IMG/VR virus record: IMGVR_UViG_3300011335_000515
Coordinates: 1 to 40,666 of that record
Source of the DNA: a virus
Taxonomy: Duplodnaviria; Caudoviricetes
Direction: 5' to 3' (one strand)
DNA length: 40,666 bases
Position numbers and translations under genes: made by a program. This document shows, in pieces, positions 16,778 to 25,900 of the stretch (positions are counted from its first letter, which is position 1; each line of letters begins with the position of its first letter). The notes beneath the pieces were generated by a model that did not search any database, had not been told where the DNA came from, and worked only from the letters and a program-made list of their open reading frames with translations.

Positions 16778-18201
16778 ACATCGCCATCCCCGTATCCGCC
16801 CACGACAAGCACCTGCTCCCGACCTTCGTCAAGGTGCTCCAGCACTTCGGAGGACTCGAAGACACGCCGATCTGTTTCTTCGCTACCCCGTCCGCCAAGG
16901 CGGAAGCCTACGAAGCTGCCACCGCTCTTAACGCCACCGTTCACACCTTCGAGGTGGACTTCGCTGGCGGCTGGCCGGTCGCCTCGGGTTCCCACTTCGC
17001 GGCCACCGTCTTCACGCTGCCCAAGATCGGCTGGAACGCACCGTGGCTGTGGATGGAACTCGACATGCTGCCCGTGCAGAAGGGCTGGCTGCAATCCCTG
17101 CGCAATGGCTACCAGCTCTGCGGCAAGCCCTTCATGGGCAACGTCGTGCCGACCGCGTGGGTCGAGGATGGCAAGCTCGTGGTGAAGGAAGACGACGACA
17201 TGATGATGGGCTGCGGCGTTTACCCTGCGAACATGCACGCCGATGAGCGATTCCGCCCACTACTGGCCGACCTCGTGAAGCCGCCACCCCGCAACCCGAA
17301 CACCCCGTTCGACTTCTACCTGCGCCACCCGATGCGCCACGCCGGGTTCGCCGACACCAAGCTCATCGCTGACATGTGGCAGACCTGCGAATACAAGCGC
17401 ACGGGGAAGGGCATCACCTGCAAGCCGGTGTCCCTCGACAAGCCACGCCGCGAGCGCGGTGGTCTGGTGCCCTCCGAAGCTGTGATCGTCCACGGGTGCA
17501 AGGATGGCACGCTGGCGGAGTTGGTGCTGTCGAGTAATCGCAGGGAGCAGGTAAGGGGCACCGTTGCCGCGTTAGCCGCCGACTCGGAGAAAGCCCCGCT
17601 GCTGGAGAAAATGCTGGAAGCGAACCTACTTCCACCGGCTGCGGAGATTGTGAACCAACTCAAGCAGGGAAACGCCGACCCTACAAAACGATTGCCACTC
17701 CCTTTGGTAGCGCACATAACCGAGCAGGTTTCCGAGCAGCCAAAAGAGGTGCCACACCCAGACGACGCCCCGGCTCCGCTGACGGACGGAGACGTGGTCT
17801 TGGAGGGCATGAAAAACTTCGTCGGCGAGCTACTCGACCGCGCATACCCTCCAACGGGGAACGTGGCTTTGAGTAGCGAGGACTTCGAGGCCGCGAAGAA
17901 AGCCGCAGTCGTAAAGACGGCTCAAGAGTACCCCGAAGAAGCCAAGCAGGCGTCCGCTCCCGAGGATAAGTACCTCCCCGCGCCAACGGTGACGGACGCG
18001 AACGGCACGCACACCCTCGATGTAGCCATCCTGAAACCCAAACCCACCCGCACCACCGTCGAGGCACTACGAAAGTCGAAGAAGGGCGTGGCGGTGGAGA
18101 TCGCACGGGCGCTGAACCTCTCGATTGGCGATTTCGCCAAACTGTTGCCGACTCTCGGCTACGTCATCGCCAAAGGCGGGAAACTCAAAAGCACTGTGTA
18201 G
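16774..18201 (+). CDS. Putative glycosyltransferase-like protein with long C-terminal extension
   Basis: WLWMELDMLPVQKGWL, MGCGVYP, PFD and VIVHGCKD, paralogous to 14956-15564, followed by a Pro/Ala/Glu-rich tail. Confidence 0.6.
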   Translation: MNIAIPVSAHDKHLLPTFVKVLQHFGGLEDTPICFFATPSAKAEAYEAATALNATVHTFEVDFAGGWPVASGSHFAATVFTLPKIGWNAPWLWMELDMLPVQKGWLQSLRNGYQLCGKPFMGNVVPTAWVEDGKLVVKEDDDMMMGCGVYPANMHADERFRPLLADLVKPPPRNPNTPFDFYLRHPMRHAGFADTKLIADMWQTCEYKRTGKGITCKPVSLDKPRRERGGLVPSEAVIVHGCKDGTLAELVLSSNRREQVRGTVAALAADSEKAPLLEKMLEANLLPPAAEIVNQLKQGNADPTKRLPLPLVAHITEQVSEQPKEVPHPDDAPAPLTDGDVVLEGMKNFVGELLDRAYPPTGNVALSSEDFEAAKKAAVVKTAQEYPEEAKQASAPEDKYLPAPTVTDANGTHTLDVAILKPKPTRTTVEALRKSKKGVAVEIARALNLSIGDFAKLLPTLGYVIAKGGKLKSTV

Positions 18202-18203
18202 CT

Positions 18204-18725
18204 ATGACACTCGAAGAAGCATTCCAACCACATCTTATCAACCTGCCCGGCTTCTTGGACGTGCCCATCCTGCTCAAGCCAGCGGACTACGCACAAGACG
18301 TGGCAGACGCCATCACTTTCCCCGGCCACCAGAACCCGCGACACCGCCGCTGCAAAGGCATTGGGTATGTGTCCGAGGACTTCAAAGAGTCGGAGTTCGA
18401 CGCCCTTCCCGACCACGTAGGGTTGCAGGTTGACTGGGCGTACGACCTCTTGCAGAAGGTAAAGCCGGAAGTCCGTAAACTCATCGAAGGGATCACGGAA
18501 CTACACTCTGCGGACTGGCGCATCTCCCGTGTCCCGAGCGAAGACAAACGCCGAGGAGTGTTCCAGTTCGTGGTGTTCATGTACATCAACATCGGTGAAG
18601 CGTACACGGTGCGCGACAAGCCTAGCGACGAGGAGCCTCAACCCGAACGCTCTACGGAGCAGAGGCAGACCGACGAAGAGTTGGTGCAGCAAATCGCGCG
18701 GAACCGCTTTCTCGACACCCTATGA
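18204..18725 (+). CDS. Hypothetical protein
   Basis: 173-aa ORF tightly packed in the operon. Confidence 0.65.
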   Translation: MTLEEAFQPHLINLPGFLDVPILLKPADYAQDVADAITFPGHQNPRHRRCKGIGYVSEDFKESEFDALPDHVGLQVDWAYDLLQKVKPEVRKLIEGITELHSADWRISRVPSEDKRRGVFQFVVFMYINIGEAYTVRDKPSDEEPQPERSTEQRQTDEELVQQIARNRFLDTL

Positions 18726-19072
18726 ACACCGAACCCCAACACCTCTGGTTCCCTGAACTCGGCTACTTTGTCGTAGCCACGCCCGGCGACAGGACCGACG
18801 AAGGCAGGCTATGCGTCGTCAGCTTCGACATATACAAGGCTTACGATGTAGGGGATGGGATCACCTTCGACGGGTGCCCTCCTTCGCAGGAGTATGAAGA
18901 GTGCGAACCGACCGCATCGGGCTACGTCAAGTTCGACGGCTGCTCTAACTGGAAGTTCGGAGGGGAGTACACCCACATCCACTTCTGCGAACGCGACGAC
19001 CCGATGAAACTGGCAACGGCCATGGCTGCGTGCCACGATCACGCGGGCGAGTTGTTCGGTGGATTCGCTTAA
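18722..19072 (+). CDS. Hypothetical phage protein
   Basis: ATGA-coupled with a GYVKFDGCSNW..HFC motif; last gene of the + arm. Confidence 0.7.
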   Translation: MNTEPQHLWFPELGYFVVATPGDRTDEGRLCVVSFDIYKAYDVGDGITFDGCPPSQEYEECEPTASGYVKFDGCSNWKFGGEYTHIHFCERDDPMKLATAMAACHDHAGELFGGFA

Positions 19073-19653
19073 CGCATCCAGCACCCGCTCCAATACTCCC
19101 CCGGATCGACACCCAGCTTGGCGTCAACCGCTCGGAGCGCATCAAGGGCGTAATAGGTCTTGGAATCAAGGTTGCACTTGCACACGGTGCAGGAGCGTTT
19201 GTGAAGTTCGGCAGCCCGGTGAAGCCTGCGCCCGGCCAGCAGGTCAGTCAGCTTCGCGGTAAGCCAACCGCACGGGGGCACGCATGAGGCTGGGCCGATC
19301 TTGGGACAGGTCAGGCAGATGTCGGCCCTACGACGGTGCTCTTCCTCGCTGACCATCGCCTTGTCCTGCTGCTCGATGAGTGTGTTCACGAAGCGTTTCA
19401 ACGCGTCACCTGACACCCACGAGTCTGCTTCTCCCTCTGCCCGGCAGTCGAGATTCTCGTTGGACCTGCATATCTCGTCGAGCACCACGCGGTCCCATCC
19501 AGCTTCGATGGAGCGGCCGTTGGCGATCCTCGATTTGCGGATGCTTTGCAGCAGCACCGTGAGGTCGGTCTCCTTGTGCGGGATGCCCGTGAGCGGGTCG
19601 GTGTATCGCCAGCCACCACGGGGCACGGAGGAGGGGTTAGCGGGGCGCTTCAT
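19069..19653 (-). CDS. Cys-rich hypothetical protein (putative metal-binding)
   Basis: ATG 19653 (MKRPANP) overlaps the upstream stop; RRADICLTCP..CVPPC..CTVCKCNL..CW. Confidence 0.7.
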   Translation of the reverse strand: MKRPANPSSVPRGGWRYTDPLTGIPHKETDLTVLLQSIRKSRIANGRSIEAGWDRVVLDEICRSNENLDCRAEGEADSWVSGDALKRFVNTLIEQQDKAMVSEEEHRRRADICLTCPKIGPASCVPPCGWLTAKLTDLLAGRRLHRAAELHKRSCTVCKCNLDSKTYYALDALRAVDAKLGVDPGEYWSGCWMR

Positions 19654-19904
19654 ACTGGGGTGGCTGCTGCCGCCAGTGCGTTCTGTGCGAGCGCGTAGCC
19701 GGGCTTCAGACCCCCCGTGAACAGCCACTCGGAGGGGGTTTCATCACCGCCGCCGACCTTCTTACAGTTCTCATGCCCTTCGAGTTTGACTTCCCTCCAT
19801 GCGGAAGGGTCAGCGTAGGTGGCAAGCACGCGCATCGGGTCGAAGGCGTGGCCGCGCAGGGTGATGGCGAGAATGTCGGATTCAGTGTAGGGTTGCGGTG
19901 TCAT
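19650..19904 (-). CDS. Hypothetical protein
   Basis: 84 aa, ATGA-coupled at both ends. Confidence 0.6.
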   Translation of the reverse strand: MTPQPYTESDILAITLRGHAFDPMRVLATYADPSAWREVKLEGHENCKKVGGGDETPSEWLFTGGLKPGYALAQNALAAAATPV

Positions 19905-22900
19905 TGTGCGGGTGGGGGTTGATAGGGTACAGCTTCGACCATGGCGCGGCGTCGGGCAAGCCCAACCTGCTTGTCGATGAGGTTCTGCACGGCCTTCCGT
20001 TGCTGCTCGGTCTTGACGGCGGGTGCCTGCTTCATAATGCGCTCGACCGCTGACTTCGTCAGTTCGCCAGCACGCTCGCGGAAGTTGTAATTCTGCTCTG
20101 GCGTGAACACGCCGTTCTCCATCGCCTGCATCTGCATCGCTCGACGCTTGAAGCGGTCGCGCTCTGTCGGTGGCAGGTATTGCCCGATGGTGACGGTCTC
20201 ATCCATGCCGGGGATGTAGAGCTTGTTGCGGGTGAGGTAGTCGGCAGCGGGGTGCGGGCGGCGCTGCGTGACGAAGCGACTCAGCACTGCCACGCCATCC
20301 TGCATCACCGGCTCACCGAAGACGTTCAACTCGGGCTTGGTGCCCCACGATTTGACAACGGGGATGTCCTTTATCAGGGCGCTGGCTACATCGTCATTGC
20401 TGATTTTGGTGTTGTCGAACATCCGGCTAATGTCTCGAAGAGCACCCTGCGCAGGGATCAATCCCTTGGCCGCGTTAATCGGTATGTCGGTGTACTTCTT
20501 CCCGGTCGCTTTGAACATGATTACGTCGATGGCGGTGTCCACGTTGGAGAGAACACCCTGTGTCATAAAACCCTTGAGACCGAGCATGGCGGAGTAGCCG
20601 ATGCGGTCAAGGGTATCCTTCTCCTTCATGTTGCCGTAACGCTCGGCGTCCAGTGCTGCGCCGAAACCGGCAAGCACCATCCCGAACGGCCACTCGGCAT
20701 AGCGGTAGTAGGTGTCGCCGATCTTGATGGAGAAAGGAACCCAGCCATCGGGCATCTGGTCCCGCTTGTTCTTGTCCGTGGGGCCGAAAGCGCAGAGCAT
20801 GAAAGACACTTCATCGTCATCGTCGTCCATGTTGGCCTTCGCAGCGACGTAGGCAGCAGCGGAAAGAGTGAGGCCGACGAAGCCTGCCATCGCACGCTCA
20901 CGGGCCTCGGTTTCGCTGAACATGGTAGCACCCTTCACGGGCGCGATGCCGGGCATGCCTTTGCGGCTCCAGTCGATACGGGCATCGGAGATGTGCATGC
21001 CAAGCGCCCACCGAACGATGCCGAGGCCGGTGTAGTCCAACGATTGCTCAAACAGGCTCGAGACGATCTTGTTGTAGGGAACGAGCATCTGACCGAGGGG
21101 GAACCCGGCGACGTTGAGTTCCTTCTGGAGGACGGAGATAAGCTTGCTGATGAGTTTGCCCGACCCCTCCGGCTCCTGTTGTAGCACCATGCGGAAGGCA
21201 AAGCGGTTGGCCGCAGTGACGGCTTCGGGGTTCACCTCAACGCGGGCTTTGTCGATAGCCTCGTAGGCCATGCGCGTCATCGTCAGCATGTCGGCGGGTT
21301 GCCCCGCCTTCTTCAACTCGGCTTCGGCGTCCTTGAGCGCAGCCTCGAACACCTCGGGTCCGCCACCCAGTTGACGGATAAACTCAGCGTTGGCCTCCTC
21401 TTTCGTCATGCCTTTCTCCTTCGCCGTCTTGCGGGCGGTGCGGGAAGCGGCGAGGTGGTACATCCCTTCGCGGGCGCTGTTCCAGAACAGGGTGTCGATG
21501 GCCGACATGACGCGGAACACCGCACGCATGCGGGTGCCGAAAGAAGCGATGTAAGCCACCCACTCAGCAGGTGTCGATGGCCCTTTGCGAAGGAGCACTT
21601 CGAGAGCGTTGGCGATTTCCGGGTTGTCGAGCTTGCCGACTTTGAACTGCCCGCGAACCTGCTCCGGCTCGTTCTTGGCCCACTTCGAGAAGGAGCCGAG
21701 CGCGGCTTTCGACTCCATCGCCCCCGCCCGTAGGCCAGCGCCGAGAGCACCTCGAAGGTAGTTCGCGAAGTCCTCGGGGTGGCTGGTGAGGAACAGGAAG
21801 AAGGACCGAAGGCCCATGTTTGCCAAGTTGCCAGTGAGCCCGATGGCCTGCGTCGAGAGACCCGACAACCAGTTAGCGTAGAGAGCGGACAGCAGCATAT
21901 CGCGAGCAGGGACGCCCTGCACCAGCGCGACGTAGTTCTGCAACTCCTGCTGCTTGTCCACGCGGGCAGCGCCTTGCGGCAGCTTGTTGATCTCTGTCAC
22001 CATGCGGCGGATTTCCGCCTCCTGCTCGGCGGTCATCGGTGGAAAGTCGAACGCTTCGCCAAGAGCGTCGTTGAACGCCTTTGAGTCGAACGCGCCGGTC
22101 TTGCCAGCTTCGAGCAGCACGCGGAGGAGACGCGGGATGGCGGACTTCGCAGCGCGGGTCTTCGGTTTGAGTGATTCCGTGAGACGCTTCACCGCGTTGG
22201 CCTCCGCCAGCTTCGCGAGATCGGCACGCACGGTGCCGGAGATCGCGTCGAGGGCTTCTGCGGTTTCCTTCTCCACGCCGAGGGCGACGAGCTTGTCGAT
22301 GAATCCCTCAACCGGCGTCTTGATGTGCTCGCCAATGAGAGTGGTGACGGGATTCGGTTCAGCGCCGGGGCGCTGTGGCCCAGCCATCTTCTCGTTGAGA
22401 CGCATGAGGGCGCTCTCAGCCACGCCGCGATTGCGGAGCGCGGCAAGCATGTCCTTCCGGCGCTCGGCAACACGGCGTCGTGCTTCCACTCCAGCGCGGT
22501 AGGCGAGCCATTGCACGCGCTTCGTCTCAGCGATGAAATCGAAAGCGGCACCGACTTCGGAGCGCAGCATGTCGAGGTTGGCCTTGACCGTGCTGTCGGT
22601 TGGGTCCGTCAACAGAGCACCGACCTTCGTCATCACGGCATCGACCACCTTCGCACGGAGCGCGGCTGGCTTCTGTCCTTTGTCGAACATCTCGTTCCAC
22701 TTCACGCCTTCACCCTTCAACTCGGCGTTCACCGCACGGCGAAGGGTAGCCTCGTTGGCGACGTTGGTGTACATCTTCGAGGTGGCTTCCTCCCACGCCT
22801 GTTGCAGCGTGGCACGGCGCTCGTCGTCCTCGATCTTGGCAAGCTCGTCCTGCATCGCGGCGTCGGCTGCGGCGATCTTGTCAAAGCGAAGTGGGTCGGC

Positions 22901-25900
22901 GCTGACCGAGCGCACCAGCTTGTCGATGTCAGTGGCTTGGACGGTCTGGTTGTCGGCGACAAGGCCACGGGCTTCCATCACTTTGCGAAGCATCGAAGAG
23001 AGCGCGGACTGAATGGACTCGTCGAACTCGGCCAGCGGGCCTTTCGGGTCACGCGGACCTGCCATCATCTGAAAGAAGTCGCGCACCAGTGCTTCACCGC
23101 CTTTGGTCATCCGGTCGCGGATACCCGCTTGCGGGAATAGCTTGTCGATGAGTGCGGCTGCGTTCTTCCGGCTGGGCATGAACGCTTTCAGGGCGGCAGC
23201 GATGGCGAGGCCACGGTCAGTGGCACCGGCTTCCTGCATCATGCGCCACAGCTTCTCAATCTCGCTCATCACGTTCGTCGCGCCGAACTGCTGCTCGGTC
23301 GCCTCGTTGACCTTGCGCGTGCGAATGCGCTCCTGACTGCGGAGGAAGCCCTCGGGCGTGAGACGGGCGATGGCGTTCCAGATGTTCAAGGTGCGGCCAG
23401 CCTCGGAGGCCATCTCCATAAGTGCGTCGATGGTGGTAAACTTGAAGTTGGCGAACCCGGCAGGGTCGGACTCCAACACCCCGGAGGCGGATGCCGTCAT
23501 CATGGAGTAGTCGTCGAGCTTCACCTGCGAGTCGCTATCGAGCTGCTCTAGGTCAGCGAGCACGGAACCCTGCTGCGCCATGAGGTCGAGCGCGACAGCC
23601 TTCGTGCTCAGAGAAAGGTCAGGGTCTCGGAGGATCGCATCTCGTGCATCTTCGAGCACCTTGATCTTGTCCTTCGATTGGCTGGCCTTCTTGTATCGGG
23701 TGATCGCTTCCTGCGCTTCCTTGATAACCTCGCGGTGGGGCTTCGCCTGCTCAAGGCCGATCATGCCGGGATACTTGCGACTGGGGACGGTGTCGCGTGG
23801 CGTGGCGACACTCTGCCCAAACGCCTGCTTCGAGGGGTCAAGCCCGCGTGCAACGGCAGCTTCACCGGCAGCGATGATGCGGGCAGCGGCGAGGCGTGCG
23901 GTGCGCTGGTCTGGCATCGCGCCGAAGAAGCGACGGAAGGCGTCGATCACGGCGTCCATGAACGCTTTCCACTTGGAGGGCGACGTGTTGGCGCGGACCT
24001 CTTCAAGGAAGCGCACAAGCACCTCTTCGTTGAGAACGCGGTAGTCGTAGCCAGCCTCCTTCATGCGGTCGGTGATGCGCGTTCGCACATCGGGTGGCAT
24101 GGAGGCGGACAACCCCCGCCATGCGTCCTGCACACTCTTGTCGGAGAACACGGCATGGGCCATCTCGTGCTCGGCCTTCTGGATGAGCAGCTCCTCGCTG
24201 TCCATGAACTTGAGGTTCAGCGAGATCGTGCCTCCGCGTAGCTCGGCATCGACTTCCACCTCACGGTTGCCCATGCGGCGAGGGGCCATCACTTCGATGT
24301 TGAACTTGTCGGCCACCGCTTTCCCGAACCGCTTGGTCAGGATGGCGCGTGCCTCGTCCGGCGTGAACACGGGTTCGGTGGCGGCGGTGGCGTCGGTAGC
24401 CGCTGGCGTGTAGTCCACACTCTGCCCCCGTGCGGCCCGCTGCGGAGTCTCGAACAGGGCGAGCGTGGAGGCGAATGACTGGTCAAGGATGCCGCCCTTC
24501 TGCACCTTCTGGCCGGTGACGAGCTGCGCGATAGCACGGAACACCTCAGACAACGCACTGCGGAACTTGGAGCCGGGGGTGCCGGGCGTGAAGGTGTCGG
24601 GAATCCCTGCGATGAAGTCTTGGAAGTCGGGGCGTGTGAAGAGGGCGGTAATGAACTCGTCCACCGTGCCAAGCTCGTAGGAGAACTTGGTCGCCTTCTG
24701 CTGCATGCCCGCGTACACCTTGATCCTTTTGCGGAGGGTGTCGAGCGCCTCGACGGCCTGCGTCTCGATCTCGCCTTGCGGATCACGGACCTTGGCGAGC
24801 GTGACGTGATGGAGCGCCTCGTGGAGTAGCACGCTGACGGCATCCACCTGACCCCGGCCAACGAGTCGCAGGTTGATCCCGATCTCGGTGATGCCGTTGT
24901 CGTTGAGGTAGTAACCGGCGTACCAACGCCGCCCGTCTGCCTCGATGCGCAAGTCAACGCCGTCGTAGTTCTGGTTCTGCAACGCCCGAGCCACGGCACG
25001 CAGCATTTGTGGCATGGCGGTGTCCGAGGCAATGCGTGCGAGAGCGTTCTTGATGACAGAGCCAGCGCCTACAGTGACGCCGGGCTCGGTGGGCAGGCCA
25101 AAGCGGGCAGCCTTGCGAGCGTTCTGCTCTTGCGTGTATTTGTAATTCGGCTCCTCGGCAACGGCGAGAACGGGGCGCTGAATCTCGGAGGTGCGCAGCA
25201 CGATCTCCTGCTCCTTCTTCCCGTTCCAGTTGTAGGTGACAGTGGCGCTGCCGCCACCGCTCACACGTTGGATGGTGCCGATGACCGGCTGGCCGTTGAC
25301 CTTGAACGTCACGGTCTCGCCAGCCTCGAACTTCGGACGGAGTGGACCGGCGAGGGGAGTGGGGGCGGCAGGCGTCTCTTCGATGGGTTGCTGCTGAACT
25401 TCCGCAGCCGGTGGCGTGGGTGCCTTCTTCGGGCGCTTCGGTTTGGTGGGCTTGGGGGCAGCGATGCCCTCCACAACCGGCGCTTGTGCTGGCTCCGACC
25501 CAGCGACTTCGGGTGTCCCCGACGTTTTCCCAACTTCACTAACAGGCGCGATTGCTTCGGGCGTAGCAGGGATAGCTGGTGCAGCGGTATTGTCAACCAC
25601 TTCCGCAGCGAAAGGGTCGTCCGCAGGCGCGATTTCCGCACTTGACACCACAGGCTCTTGAGGAACCGTATTTTCGGTAACGTCGGGACTCGACCCTCCC
25701 GCCGCAGGTGTCACTTGACCAAGGCTGCCCCCGTCGCTCTCAGCCGGAGCGACGGGGGTTTCTTGTGCGGGGGTAACGGCGACAGGGGGAATGGCAGCTT
25801 GGAGCCCAGCGGATACCTCGCTCGGGGCTTCACCTCGCAGCTTGGCAGCGGCCTCGGCGATGACGGCGCGATTGCGCTCGGCACCCTCGGAAAGGGCTTC

